In this document: in pieces, positions 40,145 to 52,088 of the stretch | Numbering within the stretch: position 1 is the stretch's first letter | Layout of the letters: the number at the start of each line of letters is the position of its first letter | Made by a program: the position numbers and the translations under genes | NCBI GenBank assembly: GCA_964568715.1 | Contig: CAZMQU010000006.1 | Location: 42,249 to 106,248, forward strand | Direction of reading: 5' to 3' | DNA: 64,000 nucleotides | DNA from: an uncultured Halanaerobiales bacterium | GTDB lineage: Bacteria; Bacillota; Halanaerobiia; B1SED10-174 | Notes under the pieces: model-generated | Seen by the model: the letters and a program-made list of their open reading frames with translations, nothing else | Databases searched by the model: none | What the model was told of the DNA's origin: nothing

Positions 40145-40332
40145 TCGTTACCGCTTCACTTAGAGGTTACACAATGCAATTAAATAATAAAAATGTGTTG
40201 AATGCTGTAGACAGTAGGTGCCCAAGGGCTTAAAAGATACCTGCCGAGGCTAAAAAACTTTTGATTTTTTCTTGCCTTCGATGTCTACCGAAGGTTTTGT
40301 TTTTTTATCCAACGAAAAAAGGAGGTGTACTT
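40145..40332 (+). promoter_or_regulatory. rplJ (L10) leader with intrinsic attenuator hairpin (40274-40306: gccttcg / cgaaggt plus ttttgttttttt)
   Basis: about 190-nt untranslated leader between rplA and rplJ ending in hairpin plus 12-nt T-tract, as expected for L10(L12)4-controlled leaders in Firmicutes. Confidence 0.5.
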
Positions 40333-40851
40333 TTGGCACGAAAAGAGAAGGAACTTTTTGTTGAAGATTTAGCAGGCAAAATGACCGGTGCTGCCAGTAT
40401 TATCTTTACCGACTACCGGGGTTTGAATGTTGCCCAGGTAACTGAATTAAGAAGCAAATTACGCGAAGCTGATATCGAGTTCAGGGTTATTAAAAATACC
40501 TTGGCCAGATTCGCAGCTGATAAAGCAAAGATAGACGACCTTGATGAAATTTTAATCGGCCCCACTGCAATGGCATTTGGGGTGACCGATCCCGTAGCCC
40601 CGGCTAAAATCCTTTTGGCTTTTACCAAAGACAATCCCCAACTGGAGATCAAGGGCGGTGTGTTGGACGGTAGTGTAATTGACTTGTCAAAAGTTGAATA
40701 TCTAGCCAAAATTCCATCCCGGGAAGAGTTGTTGGCAAAAGCTCTTGGCAGTATGCAGGCCCCCATAAGCGGGTTAGCCATGACCCTATCGGGAATACTG
40801 CGTAAATTTCTATATGCTCTCAATGAAATTAAAGAAACAAAAGCTAATTAA
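40333..40851 (+). CDS. rplJ: 50S ribosomal protein L10
   Basis: TTG start after ggaggtg; L10 family. Confidence 0.9.
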   Translation: MARKEKELFVEDLAGKMTGAASIIFTDYRGLNVAQVTELRSKLREADIEFRVIKNTLARFAADKAKIDDLDEILIGPTAMAFGVTDPVAPAKILLAFTKDNPQLEIKGGVLDGSVIDLSKVEYLAKIPSREELLAKALGSMQAPISGLAMTLSGILRKFLYALNEIKETKAN

Positions 40852-40868
40852 ATTTGGAGGTGCTGGTT

Positions 40869-41237
40869 ATGAATAAAGAAGATATGATTAAAGCTATTGA
40901 AGAGATGTCCGTATTGCAACTGGCTGAACTGGTGGAAGCTTTGGAAGAAAGATTTGGTGTGAGCGCTGCTGCTCCTGCAGCTGTAGCAGCGGCCCCCGTT
41001 GCCGAAGCTGCTCAAGAAGAAGAAAAGACCGAATTTGATGTAATTTTAGCAGCCGTCGGTGAGAAGAAAATCAACGTTATAAAGGTTGTTCGCGAGCTGA
41101 CAGCCCTTGGCTTGAAAGATGCCAAAGCATTGGTAGACGAAGCTCCCAAGCCGGTAAAAGAGGGTGTTAGCAAGGAAGAAGCGGAAGAAGCAAAAGCAAA
41201 GCTGGAAGAAGTCGGTGCAACTATCGAATTGAAGTAA
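40869..41237 (+). CDS. rplL: 50S ribosomal protein L7/L12
   Basis: N-terminal dimerisation helix, Ala/Glu-rich hinge, C-terminal domain ending [10 protein letters not shown]. Confidence 0.9.
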   Translation: MNKEDMIKAIEEMSVLQLAELVEALEERFGVSAAAPAAVAAAPVAEAAQEEEKTEFDVILAAVGEKKINVIKVVRELTALGLKDAKALVDEAPKPVKEGVSKEEAEEAKAKLEEVGATIELK

Positions 41238-41278
41238 TGAACAAAATAGTGCCAGAAGCTTGTTTAAACAAGCAACAG

Positions 41279-41302
41279 AAAGGGGGGACTCCCCCTTTTT
41301 TG
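41279..41302 (+). terminator. Rho-independent terminator after rplL
   Basis: aaagggggg-act-cccccttttttg. Confidence 0.7.
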
Positions 41303-41458
41303 CTATCTGTATTTATCTGCACCTAGGCTTGTGATTATAGGGTTCATAATTTTAAGGTTTGGCGATTTTTGCAGGAACCATTATATGGGTAGAGAAGATT
41401 AAAGAAGGGCGAGTTTAGGGTAAAAAATTTATAATTCAAGTGAAAAGGATGATTAAAG

Positions 41459-43465
41459 ATGAAAGAGTTACGACTGGATGATTTTACGCAGTATACATTT
41501 CTTTCGGGGATAAAGTATAGCCCTAGCGGTGAACATGCATGTTTTGTTGCTCATCGGGCTGATGTCGATGAAAATGATTACAAGTCCAATCTCTGGCTTT
41601 ATAATGTTTCTGAGGAAAGCTATTTTAAACTTACCGGCTTGGGCAGCGAAAGATCTTTTACCTGGTTGGACAATAGTGAAGAAATATTGTTCTCTTCCTT
41701 GCGAGATAAAAAAGATAAAGAACGGCAAAAAAAGGGAGAATCCTTTACTGTATTTTATAAGATTAATATTTCCGGCGGTGAGGCGACGGAGGCCTTCCGT
41801 GTGCCCCTACGGGTTCAAACTATAAAACCATTGGCCGACAATAAATATTTACTTGGTGTCGGCTTCAATCCCAATCGAAAAGAACTCGATAGTTTAAAGG
41901 ACGAAGAGAAGGCGGCGGAGCTGAGAAAAATAAAAGAAGAAAAGGATTACGAGGTTCTGGAAGAAATTCCCTATTGGGGCAATGGACGCGGTTTTATAAG
42001 CCGTACCCGTTTCAGGTTGTATTTATATGATGCCAATGAACATACTTGGGAACCTTTGACCGGGGAAACATTCCAAACCCAAGGGGTGCAGCTAAATAAA
42101 GATAAGTCAAAAGCCGTTGTTGTGGGCAATGATTTCATCGGTAAAGCGCCATTGAATAATGCCATCTATATCTTGGACTTTGCAAAAAAAGCCATTGAGA
42201 GAATTACCCCTACTGAAGATTTTTCTTATTCAAATGCTTTCTTCCTTGATGAGGAAAGGATTATTTGTACCGGGAATCCTCGCGAAAAATTTGGCTTGAA
42301 CGAAAATCCCCGGTTTTATCTTGTTGATATAAAGGACGGCAGCAAAACAAACCTAACCCCCGACCATGATAGAAGCATCTGGAGCTCCGTCGGCTCGGAT
42401 TGCCGCTACGGTGGTGGCGAAGGAATCCAACTTGATCGGGATCATCTATATTTTGTTACCACTGAAAACGACAGTTCCCATTTAAATAGGATCAATTCGA
42501 AGGGGAAGATCGAAAAGATTATTGCCGGCCAAGGTTCAATAGACTCATACAGTGTCCATGACGGGAATATTTTGTTTGTCGGTCTGCGGGGTTTGACTTT
42601 GCAAGAATTGTATTCTTTCCGGGCCGACAACGAAAAGAAAGTTACCGATTTTAACGATTGGGTGACAGAAACAAGGCAAATAATTCAACCCGAGCCGCTT
42701 AGCTTTGAGGTTGAACCCGGTGTTACCATTGAAGGCTGGGTCCTCAAGCCCGTAAATTATGATGAGGAGAAAAAATATCCCGCCATTTTGAATATTCACG
42801 GTGGTCCCAAGACCGTATTCGGGCCGGTATTTTTTCACGAAATGCAATACTGGGCTAATCGCGGTTATTTTGTTCTTTTCTGTAACCCCCGTGGCAGCGA
42901 TGGTAAAGGCAACGAGTTTGCTGATATTCGCGGCAAATATGGGACCATCGATTATGAGGATTTGATGAGTTTTACCGATTTAGCTTTGGAAAACTACCCC
43001 GGCATTGACAGTGAAAGGTTGGGTGTGGCCGGTGGTTCATACGGCGGCTTTATGACTAACTGGATAATCGGTCAAACCGATCGCTTTAAAGCAGCTGCAT
43101 CCCAACGAAGTATCAGTAACTGGGTGTCGATGGGCTATACAGCAGATATAGGCTACTACTTTGTCGATGATCAAATCGGTGCCAATCCCTGGACAGACCA
43201 TGAGAAACTGTGGGAGCATTCGCCCTTAAAATATGCTGACCGGGTCAAGACGCCTACCCTCTTTATTCATTCGGAAGAAGATTACCGTTGCTGGCTACCG
43301 GAAGGATTGCAAATGTTTACTGCTTTGAAATACCATGGTATTGAATCAAGGCTGTGTATGTTTAGAGGTGAAAATCATGAACTTAGCCGTAGCGGTAAAC
43401 CCAAGCACAGAATCCGCCGTCTGGAGGAGATTACGTCTTGGTTTGATCGATTTTTGCAAGAATAA
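41459..43465 (+). CDS. S9-family serine peptidase (prolyl oligopeptidase / acylaminoacyl-peptidase-like) with N-terminal beta-propeller
   Basis: C-terminal alpha/beta hydrolase with GGSYGG nucleophile elbow and downstream Asp/His region; 668 aa. Confidence 0.85.
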   Translation: MKELRLDDFTQYTFLSGIKYSPSGEHACFVAHRADVDENDYKSNLWLYNVSEESYFKLTGLGSERSFTWLDNSEEILFSSLRDKKDKERQKKGESFTVFYKINISGGEATEAFRVPLRVQTIKPLADNKYLLGVGFNPNRKELDSLKDEEKAAELRKIKEEKDYEVLEEIPYWGNGRGFISRTRFRLYLYDANEHTWEPLTGETFQTQGVQLNKDKSKAVVVGNDFIGKAPLNNAIYILDFAKKAIERITPTEDFSYSNAFFLDEERIICTGNPREKFGLNENPRFYLVDIKDGSKTNLTPDHDRSIWSSVGSDCRYGGGEGIQLDRDHLYFVTTENDSSHLNRINSKGKIEKIIAGQGSIDSYSVHDGNILFVGLRGLTLQELYSFRADNEKKVTDFNDWVTETRQIIQPEPLSFEVEPGVTIEGWVLKPVNYDEEKKYPAILNIHGGPKTVFGPVFFHEMQYWANRGYFVLFCNPRGSDGKGNEFADIRGKYGTIDYEDLMSFTDLALENYPGIDSERLGVAGGSYGGFMTNWIIGQTDRFKAAASQRSISNWVSMGYTADIGYYFVDDQIGANPWTDHEKLWEHSPLKYADRVKTPTLFIHSEEDYRCWLPEGLQMFTALKYHGIESRLCMFRGENHELSRSGKPKHRIRRLEEITSWFDRFLQE

Positions 43466-43514
43466 TCAAATAAACCTTTATTATTGTTTTCAAGAAGATT
43501 GTTGACACAGAAAG

Positions 43515-43551
43515 AGCTGATTGGTGACTTACCGTTGCCGGTCAGCTTTTT
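43515..43551 (+). terminator. possible terminator after peptidase gene
   Basis: agctgattgg / ccggtcagct imperfect 10-bp stem followed by tttt. Confidence 0.4.
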
Positions 43552-43670
43552 AGCTGGAAAAGGAATTACATAACTTGTGGTGATTATGTAAAAATTTGAT
43601 ATAATAAGGGAGAAAAACCGTTTCATTTAAACTTGCAATTTAGCCAAATAACATAATATAATTATTTCCC

Positions 43671-43699
43671 TTGACAGGCTCTTAAAGATATGGTAATAT
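43671..43699 (+). promoter_or_regulatory. strong sigma-A promoter for rpoB (TTGACA-N17-TGgTAATAT)
   Basis: consensus -35 at 43671-43676, extended -10 at 43691-43699; a second TGaTATAAT element at 43597-43605 upstream. Confidence 0.6.
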
Positions 43700-43802
43700 T
43701 ATTAATTGTCATAAGGACATTGATAAAATGGTGAATTGTTTCTATTTGCGAGGTTGCGCTACCTTGCTTTGATATATTTTTAAAATATTTGGGGGTGTTG
43801 CG

Positions 43803-46800
43803 ATGGTTGCTGTTGGAGGAGAACCTATTCGGAAACGACGGAGCATGGCCAAAATTGACGAATGCATGCTTACTCCGTACCTGATTAAAACACAAAGAGA
43901 ATCCTATGATTGGTTTTTACAAGAAGGGTTAAAAGAAATATTTGCTGAAATATCTCCAATTCAAGATTTTTCAGAAAAAATGGTTTTAGAATTTATGGAA
44001 TATACTTTGGGTGAGACAAAGTACGGTGTGGAGGAATGTAAAGACCGCGATGTTACTTACGGTGCTCCGTTGAAGGTAAAGGTTCGCCTTATCAATAAAG
44101 AAACCGGTGAAGTAAAACAGCAAGACGTTTACATGGGTGAATTTCCCCTTATGACGGAGAAGGGAACATTTATTATAAATGGTGCGGAGCGGGTGGTAGT
44201 TAGCCAACTGGTCCGTTCTTCCGGCGTTTACTTCAGTTCCGAGCGTACCAAGGAAGGTAAAGAATTGTTTTCTGCCAGCATTATCCCCAACCGAGGGGCT
44301 TGGATTGAATTTGAATATGATAAAAAGGATTCGCTGGCCGTGCGGGTTGATAGAACCCGCAAAACTCCCGCTACTATATTGCTTCGGACTTTGGGCTATA
44401 GCAGCAATGCCGAAATAATTAATATTTTGGGGGATGAACAGGTAGTCCATAACACCCTCGAACGTGACAATACGGAATCGCGGGAAGAGGCTTTAATTGA
44501 ATTATATAAAAAATTGCGGCCCGGTGAGCCACCGGCTGTTGATAATGCCCAAAGCCTTTTGAATTCCTTGCTTTTTGATGATAGGCGCTATGATTTGGGT
44601 AGTGTCGGTCGCTATAAAATGAATAAAAAATTGAAATTATCCGTCGACAAAGATATCCGTTGTCTGACGAAAGAAGATATCATCGGCACAGTTCGTTACA
44701 TGATAAATTTGGCCAAGGGTGTCCAAGGGTATAGAATTGATGATATTGATCACTTGGGCAATCGTCGTCTGAAGACGGTGGGCGAACTTTTACAGAATCA
44801 GTTTCGTATCGGTTTGTCACGGATGGAGCGCGTGGTCAGGGAAAGAATGACCATCCAGGATGTGGACATTATTACGCCGCAAGCTTTAATCAATACAAGG
44901 CCTGTGGTTGCAGCGGTAAAAGAGTTTTTTGGCAGTTCGCAACTTTCCCAATTTATGGATCAGACAAATCCCCTTGCTGAATTGACCCATAAAAGAAGGC
45001 TTTCTGCCTTGGGTCCGGGGGGATTAAGCAGAGAAAGGGCCGGATTTGAAGTTCGCGACGTGCACAGCTCTCACTACGGTAGGATCTGCCCCATCGAGAC
45101 CCCGGAAGGGCCTAACATTGGTTTGATTGGATCCCTGTGTACCTACGCTCAAACCAACGAATTCGGTTTTATTGAAACTCCTTATCGTCAGGTTACGGAA
45201 GGTATTGTTACCGATAAGATTGTATACTTGACCGCCGATGAAGAGGATGATTATGTCATTGCTCAAGCCAACGAGCCTTTGGATGAAAAGGGTAGATTCC
45301 TTAATCCTCGGGTCTCCTGCCGTTATTTGGACGAAATTCGCTTGGCCGAGCCTAAGCAGGTCAACTATATGGACGTATCGCCCAAACAGATTGTCGGCAT
45401 TGCTGCCGCCTTGATACCCTTTTTGGAGCATGATGACGGGCCAAGAGCCCTGATGGGTGCCAATATGCAGCGTCAGGCAGTACCATTAATGCAAGTTGAA
45501 TCTCCTTTGGTCGGGACCGGCATGGAATATAGGGCTGCCAAAGATTCGGGGGTTTGTATTATTGCTGAAAAAGATGGGACGGTTTCGCGGGTCACTGCCG
45601 ATGAAATTGTAATCGATGAAGCCGACGGCAACAAAAGATTATACGTACTGGGTAAATTTGTTCGTTCCAACCAGGGCAGTTGTTTCAACCAAAAAATAAT
45701 AGTCAAAAAAGGTGACAAAGTTAAAGCGGGGCAGGTCATTGCCGATGGCCCGGCTACGGAAAAAGGTGAATTGGCCTTGGGCCGAAATTCCTTGGTGGCT
45801 TTTCTGCCTTGGGAAGGTTATAACTACGAAGATGCGGTTCTTATTAGTCGTAAATTGGTCAAAGAGGATGCATTTACTTCCATTCACATTGAAGAGCATG
45901 AGGCGGAGGCGCGGGATACAAAATTGGGGCCGGAAGAGATTACCCGGGACATACCCAACGTTGGCGAGGAAGCATTGAAAGATTTGGATGATCACGGTAT
46001 TGTGCGGGTAGGAGCTGAGGTCAACCCCGGCGATATATTGGTAGGTAAAGTAACGCCGAAGGGAGAGACGGAGTTGTCGGCTGAAGAGAGATTGTTGCGG
46101 GCAATCTTTGGTGAAAAGGCCAGGGAAGTTCGCGATACCTCCCTAAAAGTACCCCACGGAGAATCGGGTATTGTAGTGGATGTAAAGGTTTTTAGTCGTG
46201 AACAAGGTGATGAGTTGAAACCGGGTATCAACGAACTGGTAAGGGTTTATATTGCCAAGAAGCGCAAAATATCGGTGGGTGATAAGGTAGCTGGGCGACA
46301 TGGGAACAAAGGAGTTGTTTCTAGGATCTTACCTGAAGAAGACATGCCCTTTTTGCCTGACGGTACGCCGGTGGAGATAGTGCTTAATCCCTTGGGAGTG
46401 CCTTCCCGGATGAATTTGGGGCAGGTATTGGAAACTCATTTGGGTTTGGCTGCCAAGCTTTTGGGTATCCACGTTGAGACTCCGGTATTCAATGGCGCCA
46501 ACGAGGACGAAATTATTGAACTCCTCAAGGATGCCGGTTTGGATGAGGACGGTAAAACTGTTTTATACGACGGAAGAACCGGGGAGCCTTTTGACCGCCG
46601 TGTTGCAGTCGGTTACATGTATATATTGAAACTCCATCATTTGGTAGAAGATAAAATTCATGCTCGCTCAACCGGCCCCTACTCATTGGTTACCCAACAA
46701 CCTTTGGGAGGCAAGGCTCAGTTCGGCGGCCAAAGATTTGGTGAGATGGAGGTATGGGCTCTGGAAGGGTACGGAGCTGCTTATACCTTACAAGAAATGC

Positions 46801-47078
46801 TTACGGTAAAGAGCGATGATGTCGTCGGTAGGGTCAAGACCTACGAGGCCATTGTTAAAGGGGAGAATGTGCCTGAACCCGGTATTCCGGAATCCTTTAA
46901 GGTTCTAATTAAAGAGATGCAAAGCATCGGTTTGGATGCCCGAGTCTTCGGTGAGGATCAGCAGGAACTTCTCATCAGCGATAGCGAAGAAAATGATGAC
47001 GATGCTCGGCAACTAGGTTTGGATATGTTGGAAATAGCTAAAGAGCGGGAGGTCGAGGAGGCAGATGACGAGCAATAG
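43803..47078 (+). CDS. rpoB: DNA-directed RNA polymerase subunit beta
   Basis: 1091 aa, full-length beta with conserved blocks. Confidence 0.95.
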   Translation: MVAVGGEPIRKRRSMAKIDECMLTPYLIKTQRESYDWFLQEGLKEIFAEISPIQDFSEKMVLEFMEYTLGETKYGVEECKDRDVTYGAPLKVKVRLINKETGEVKQQDVYMGEFPLMTEKGTFIINGAERVVVSQLVRSSGVYFSSERTKEGKELFSASIIPNRGAWIEFEYDKKDSLAVRVDRTRKTPATILLRTLGYSSNAEIINILGDEQVVHNTLERDNTESREEALIELYKKLRPGEPPAVDNAQSLLNSLLFDDRRYDLGSVGRYKMNKKLKLSVDKDIRCLTKEDIIGTVRYMINLAKGVQGYRIDDIDHLGNRRLKTVGELLQNQFRIGLSRMERVVRERMTIQDVDIITPQALINTRPVVAAVKEFFGSSQLSQFMDQTNPLAELTHKRRLSALGPGGLSRERAGFEVRDVHSSHYGRICPIETPEGPNIGLIGSLCTYAQTNEFGFIETPYRQVTEGIVTDKIVYLTADEEDDYVIAQANEPLDEKGRFLNPRVSCRYLDEIRLAEPKQVNYMDVSPKQIVGIAAALIPFLEHDDGPRALMGANMQRQAVPLMQVESPLVGTGMEYRAAKDSGVCIIAEKDGTVSRVTADEIVIDEADGNKRLYVLGKFVRSNQGSCFNQKIIVKKGDKVKAGQVIADGPATEKGELALGRNSLVAFLPWEGYNYEDAVLISRKLVKEDAFTSIHIEEHEAEARDTKLGPEEITRDIPNVGEEALKDLDDHGIVRVGAEVNPGDILVGKVTPKGETELSAEERLLRAIFGEKAREVRDTSLKVPHGESGIVVDVKVFSREQGDELKPGINELVRVYIAKKRKISVGDKVAGRHGNKGVVSRILPEEDMPFLPDGTPVEIVLNPLGVPSRMNLGQVLETHLGLAAKLLGIHVETPVFNGANEDEIIELLKDAGLDEDGKTVLYDGRTGEPFDRRVAVGYMYILKLHHLVEDKIHARSTGPYSLVTQQPLGGKAQFGGQRFGEMEVWALEGYGAAYTLQEMLTVKSDDVVGRVKTYEAIVKGENVPEPGIPESFKVLIKEMQSIGLDARVFGEDQQELLISDSEENDDDARQLGLDMLEIAKEREVEEADDEQ

Positions 47079-50000
47079 TATTGCAGACCAAGGCCTATAC
47101 AAGGAGGCGGAGCCTATCTTGAATTTTACCAGTTTTGATTCTATTAGAATATCCCTTGCTTCACCGGAAAAGATAAGAGGCTGGTCCAGCGGTGAAGTTA
47201 AGAAACCTGAAACTATCAACTATCGAACCTTGAAGCCTGAAAAAGAGGGTCTTTTCTGTGAAAAAATATTTGGTCCCCAAAAGGACTGGGAATGCCATTG
47301 TGGTAAATACAAAAGAGTTCGTTATAAAGGGGTTGTCTGTGATCGATGCGGGGTAGAAGTGACCCGTTCCAAAGTAAGACGGGAACGGATGGGTCATATT
47401 GAATTGGCCGCCCCCTGTTCTCACATTTGGTTTTTAAAGGGAATTCCAAGTCGATTGGGGCTTTTACTCGATATGTCCCCCCGCGCCTTGGAAAAGGTTA
47501 TCTATTTTGTTTCCTATATTGTTATCGATCCCGGCAAGACACCTCTTAGCGAAAAACAACTCCTTTCCGAGCGGGAATATCAAGAAGCGGAGAGTAAATA
47601 TGGCCAAGATTTCCGAGCCGGAATTGGCGCGGAGGCCATTAAAGAAATTTTGCGAAAGATGGATTTGGATAAGGAATTCAGCGATTTGCGCCAGGAATTA
47701 AAAGATTCTACCGGCCAAAGAAGAAAGCGGGCTATTCGCAGGTTGGATGTTATTGAAGGGTTGCGCAAGTCCGGTAATCAGCCCGAGTGGTTGGTTTTGG
47801 ATGTAATCCCGGTTATACCGCCCGATTTGCGTCCCATGGTTCAGCTCGACGGGGGAAGGTTTGCCACTTCCGATTTGAATGATCTTTATCGCCGGGTAAT
47901 CAATAGGAACAACCGCTTAAAAAGACTTTTAGACTTGCAGGCACCGGAGATAATCATTCGCAACGAAAAAAGGATGCTACAAGAAGCTGTAGATGCCTTA
48001 ATTGACAACGGTCGGCGAGGACGCCCGGTTACAGGAGCGGGAAATCGTCCCCTGAAGTCTTTAAGCGATATGCTCAAAGGCAAGCAAGGCAGATTCCGAC
48101 AAAACCTTTTAGGTAAGCGGGTCGATTATTCCGGCCGAAGCGTTATTGTGGTCGGGCCCGAGTTGAAATTGCATCAATGCGGTTTGCCCAAAGAAATGGC
48201 TTTGGAGCTTTTTAAACCCTTTGTAATGAAGAAACTCGTCGACGAGGGCAAGGCTCATAATATTAAGAGTGCTAAACGGATGGTCGAAAAAGTCGATGAA
48301 GGAGTTTGGGGAATCCTTGAGGATGTTATCAAGGAGCATCCGGTGCTTTTGAACAGGGCGCCCACCCTGCATCGTTTGGGTATACAGGCCTTTGAGCCAA
48401 TTTTGGTGGAAGGCAAGGCCATCAAGATCCATCCCTTGGTTTGCACTGCTTTTAATGCCGACTTTGATGGAGATCAAATGCCCGTTCATGTGCCCTTGTC
48501 AGCCGAAGCCCAAGCAGAGGCCCGTTTATTGATGCTTTCAACTTATAACCTTCTTTCACCTCAGGACGGTAAAGCAATTGTCGTTCCTACCCAGGACATG
48601 GTTTTCGGTATCTATTATTTGACCATGCAGAAAGACGGTGAAAAAGGGGAGGGAAGCATTTATGCAACAAAAGATGAGGTTATAAAAGCTTACCATACCA
48701 AAAAGGTTGCTTTGCATGCCTCAATTAAACTTCGCCACGAGGGCAAACTGGTGAATATCACCCCCGGGCGGGTAATTTTTAACGATATTTTGCCTGAGGA
48801 ATTGGGCTTATACAATATGACTGTGGATAAAAAGGCACTGGGTGCTTTGGTCGGGGATTGTTATCGCCAATTGGGCAATATTAAAACTGCAGCTTTTCTT
48901 GATCAGATCAAAGAAATAGGTTTTCGGTATGCTACCCAGTCGGGTCTTACCATTTCAATTGCTGATGTGGAAACTCCTCCCCAAAAGGATGAATTATTGG
49001 CTAAGGCTGATGAGGAAGTTGCCCAAACCGATGAGCATTACTTGCGAGGAGTGATTACTGCCTCCGAACGAAAGCAGAAAGTTATCAATATTTGGAATAA
49101 AGCTAAAGAAGATTTGACGGATGCTATGAATCAACATATGGACCGCTATAACTCTATTCAATTGATGACCCGTTCCGGTGCGCGGGGCAATGAATCCCAA
49201 ACAGCCCAGTTGGCGGCAATGCGTGGCTTGATGGCCGATCCCTCGGGACAAATTATTGATTTGCCTATAAAGGCCAATTTCCGGGAGGGTCTGACGGTTT
49301 TGGAATACTTTATCTCGACTCATGGGGCCCGTAAAGGTTTGGCTGACACGGCCTTGCGGACTGCCGACTCCGGTTATTTAACCCGGCGTCTGGTCGATGT
49401 GTCTCAAGACGTTATCATCCGGGAAGATGATTGTGGCAGCCAAGAGGGGATTGTAATTACCGCAATTGAGGAAGATGGGGCGCCGGTAGAGAATTTAGCG
49501 GAAAGAACCCTTGGTCGCGTGGCGGCTGAGGATATAATTGATCAGAAGACCGGTGAAATTATTTGCCGGCAAAACGAAATCATCGACGAGGATACAGCCG
49601 GAAGATTGGAAGAAATAGGGCTGAAGGAATTAAAAATACGATCAGTCTTGACTTGCCGGTCACGTTTCGGGGTGTGCCGCAATTGTTACGGACGCAACTT
49701 GGCAACCGGTCGCTTGGTCGATGTCGGCGAGGCAATCGGAATTATTGCCGCCCAATCAATCGGTGAACCCGGTACGCAGTTAACCATGCGGACCTTTCAT
49801 ACCGGCGGGGTTGCCGGAGATGACATAACCCAAGGTTTGCCCCGTGTCGAGGAATTGTTCGAAGCCAGAACACCTAAAGGGCAGGCAATTGTCAGTGACC
49901 TATCCGGTACCGTTAAAATCCTCGAAAAGAAATCTACAAAACGTTTGATTATTGAGAGTGAAGACGGACGCAAAAAAACTTATCAGGTTCCCTTTGGCTC

Positions 50001-50658
50001 TGTGACAATGGTCCAAGATGGCCAGCCGGTTAATGCCGGTGATCGATTGACCGAAGGTCCCATCGATCCGGAGGATATACTCAAAATAATGGGAGTCCGT
50101 GCGGTTCAACGTTATCTTTTGGAAGAAGTTCAGAAAGTTTACCGTTCCCAAGGCGTTGATATCAACGACAAGCATATTGAAGTTGTTATCAGACAAATGC
50201 TTCGCAAGGTAAAAGTTAAAAAGCCCGGCGATACCGATTTGTTACCGGGCAGCTTGGTCGATATTTTCGAATTTGAAGAAGCAAACCAAAATATTATTGA
50301 ACTTGGTGGCAAACCCGCTACTGCAGACCCGGAACTTTTAGGAATTACAAAGGCCTCATTGGCAACAGACAGTTTCTTATCCGCCGCTTCTTTCCAGGAG
50401 ACGACCAGAGTTCTAACCGAAGCTGCAATGAAGGGCAGAATTGATCCTCTATTGGGTTTAAAAGAAAATGTGATTATCGGGCAGTTGATTCCCGCCGGCA
50501 CGGGAATGAGACGTTATCGGGATATCGACTTGGTCTACACCGAATTGCCGGAAGAGGAAGAAGAAGCGGTTGAGGATGAAATGGAAGAAGAAATAGAAGT
50601 TTTTGAGCAAGTAGAAGCGGTGGGGCTTGAAGAGGCAATGGAAAAAATCAGAGATTGA
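47065..50658 (+). CDS. rpoC: DNA-directed RNA polymerase subunit beta-prime
   Basis: 1197 aa; zinc-binding CxxC-x-CxxC, NADFDGD active site; true start may be TTG 47119 ([19 protein letters not shown]). Confidence 0.95.
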   Translation: MTSNSIADQGLYKEAEPILNFTSFDSIRISLASPEKIRGWSSGEVKKPETINYRTLKPEKEGLFCEKIFGPQKDWECHCGKYKRVRYKGVVCDRCGVEVTRSKVRRERMGHIELAAPCSHIWFLKGIPSRLGLLLDMSPRALEKVIYFVSYIVIDPGKTPLSEKQLLSEREYQEAESKYGQDFRAGIGAEAIKEILRKMDLDKEFSDLRQELKDSTGQRRKRAIRRLDVIEGLRKSGNQPEWLVLDVIPVIPPDLRPMVQLDGGRFATSDLNDLYRRVINRNNRLKRLLDLQAPEIIIRNEKRMLQEAVDALIDNGRRGRPVTGAGNRPLKSLSDMLKGKQGRFRQNLLGKRVDYSGRSVIVVGPELKLHQCGLPKEMALELFKPFVMKKLVDEGKAHNIKSAKRMVEKVDEGVWGILEDVIKEHPVLLNRAPTLHRLGIQAFEPILVEGKAIKIHPLVCTAFNADFDGDQMPVHVPLSAEAQAEARLLMLSTYNLLSPQDGKAIVVPTQDMVFGIYYLTMQKDGEKGEGSIYATKDEVIKAYHTKKVALHASIKLRHEGKLVNITPGRVIFNDILPEELGLYNMTVDKKALGALVGDCYRQLGNIKTAAFLDQIKEIGFRYATQSGLTISIADVETPPQKDELLAKADEEVAQTDEHYLRGVITASERKQKVINIWNKAKEDLTDAMNQHMDRYNSIQLMTRSGARGNESQTAQLAAMRGLMADPSGQIIDLPIKANFREGLTVLEYFISTHGARKGLADTALRTADSGYLTRRLVDVSQDVIIREDDCGSQEGIVITAIEEDGAPVENLAERTLGRVAAEDIIDQKTGEIICRQNEIIDEDTAGRLEEIGLKELKIRSVLTCRSRFGVCRNCYGRNLATGRLVDVGEAIGIIAAQSIGEPGTQLTMRTFHTGGVAGDDITQGLPRVEELFEARTPKGQAIVSDLSGTVKILEKKSTKRLIIESEDGRKKTYQVPFGSVTMVQDGQPVNAGDRLTEGPIDPEDILKIMGVRAVQRYLLEEVQKVYRSQGVDINDKHIEVVIRQMLRKVKVKKPGDTDLLPGSLVDIFEFEEANQNIIELGGKPATADPELLGITKASLATDSFLSAASFQETTRVLTEAAMKGRIDPLLGLKENVIIGQLIPAGTGMRRYRDIDLVYTELPEEEEEAVEDEMEEEIEVFEQVEAVGLEEAMEKIRD

Positions 50659-50703
50659 TATTTGATTACTGCTGAGCCAAATATATCCTACAATTTATAA
50701 TGG

Positions 50704-50733
50704 TTGACAGGGCGGGATAATAAATGGTAAAAT
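50704..50733 (+). promoter_or_regulatory. promoter of str operon (TTGACA-N18-TGgTAAAAT)
   Basis: -35 at 50704-50709; extended -10 at 50725-50733. Confidence 0.5.
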
Positions 50734-50822
50734 ACTAGCTGTGTATTAATTCCTATGGTTGGGTTAGGAAAGAAATTATCCGCAGATGTCTTCATTAAAC
50801 AAGCCAAAAGGAGCAAGAGATA

Positions 50823-51071
50823 ATGTTGACAGTCTTGCGCCGGAGTAACCGGAAAGTTGTCGGACTTAAGCAAACATTGAAAGTCGCCTTGCAAGGAGAT
50901 GCCTCCTGTATCTTCTTGGCCGATGATGCCGATGCCGTTATCAGGGAAAAGATATTGACCGTTTGTGCAGGGAACGATATTCAATTGGTTTCCGTTGATT
51001 CCAAAGCCAGGCTTGGGGAAGCCTGTGGAATCGATGTCGGATCAGCTACGGCGGCATTGCTCAAGGAATAA
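50823..51071 (+). CDS. ribosomal protein L7Ae-family protein (YbxF/RplGB-like)
   Basis: 82 aa L7Ae/L30e fold signature; conserved position between rpoC and rpsL in Firmicutes. Confidence 0.8.
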   Translation: MLTVLRRSNRKVVGLKQTLKVALQGDASCIFLADDADAVIREKILTVCAGNDIQLVSVDSKARLGEACGIDVGSATAALLKE

Positions 51072-51088
51072 GCAACAGAAAAATTTAA

Positions 51089-51178
51089 CTCTCCAAAGGT
51101 GCTTTGGAGAGGGGCTTAAAACCCCCATTTTTAAAGGGAGTACCCTTTTATAGCCCCTCATGCCTTTGAGGGGCTATA
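51089..51178 (+). promoter_or_regulatory. structured rpsL leader: three consecutive hairpins (51089-51111, 51111-51126, 51149-51178)
   Basis: perfect stems ctctccaaag/ctttggagag and tatagcccctc/gaggggctata read directly; sits between L7Ae-like gene and rpsL RBS. Confidence 0.4.
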
Positions 51179-51201
51179 AATTTTCAAAGGAGGTGGAATT
51201 G

Positions 51202-51576
51202 TTGCCAACAATCAATCAATTGGTACGTCAGGGACGCAAGAAAATTGAGAAAAAAGGTAAAGCACCGGCTTTACAGGCCTGCCCGCAAAAAAGGGGCGTC
51301 TGCGTAAGAGTATCGACCGCAACCCCTAAGAAGCCCAACTCTGCATTGCGCAAAGTGGCAAGGGTGCGTTTAACCAATGGTTTTGAGGTTACCGCTTATA
51401 TTCCCGGGGAAGGTCACAACCTGCAGGAACACTCAGTTGTGCTTATTCGCGGCGGTAGAGTTAGGGATTTACCGGGTGTGCGTTACCACGTTGTAAGGGG
51501 AACCATGGATACGGCAGGCGTAACCGACAGGCGAAAAGGCCGTTCCAAATATGGTACCAAAAAACCCAAGAATTAG
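51202..51576 (+). CDS. rpsL: 30S ribosomal protein S12
   Basis: [14 protein letters not shown]... TTG start after aaggaggtg. Confidence 0.9.
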   Translation: MPTINQLVRQGRKKIEKKGKAPALQACPQKRGVCVRVSTATPKKPNSALRKVARVRLTNGFEVTAYIPGEGHNLQEHSVVLIRGGRVRDLPGVRYHVVRGTMDTAGVTDRRKGRSKYGTKKPKN

Positions 51577-51599
51577 ACTAAGCCAAAGGGGGGGAAGAT

Positions 51600-52070
51600 A
51601 TGTCCGCAAAGACAAAAACCAGGCAAAGAGAACAAGTTTTTGATCCCGTGTACAATAGCAGCCTGATTAGCCAAGCCATTAACAGTATTATGTGGGATGG
51701 GAAAAAAAGCCTTGCCGAAACAATAATGTATGAGGCCCTCGATATAGTTAAAGAAAAGACCGACGAGAATCCGGCCGAGGTTTTTGATGCTGCTTTAAAA
51801 AACGTGATGCCTGTTTTGGAAGTCAGATCTAGACGGGTCGGCGGCCAAACTTATCAAGTTCCTGTTGAAGTGAACCAACAAAGGCGTACGGCTTTGGGTT
51901 TGCGCTGGATTATTCATGCAGCCAGAAATAGGGGCGAACGCAGAATGAGCCAAAGATTGGCCGGCGAGATCCTCGATGCATTTCGCAATGAGGGCAATGC
52001 CGTAAGAAAGAAAGAAGATACTCATCGGATGGCAGAGGCTAATAAGCTATTTGCCCATTATCGTTGGTAA
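51600..52070 (+). CDS. rpsG: 30S ribosomal protein S7
   Basis: full-length family match. Confidence 0.9.
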   Translation: MSAKTKTRQREQVFDPVYNSSLISQAINSIMWDGKKSLAETIMYEALDIVKEKTDENPAEVFDAALKNVMPVLEVRSRRVGGQTYQVPVEVNQQRRTALGLRWIIHAARNRGERRMSQRLAGEILDAFRNEGNAVRKKEDTHRMAEANKLFAHYRW

Positions 52071-52088
52071 TAAAAGGAGGTTATGGTC

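Noticed and set aside
51160-51201. Longer rpsL ORF starting at ATG 51160 (MPLRGYKF...)
   Set aside because: That ATG lies in the loop of a leader hairpin without RBS; the conserved S12 N-terminus MPTINQL begins at TTG 51202 right after aaggaggtg.
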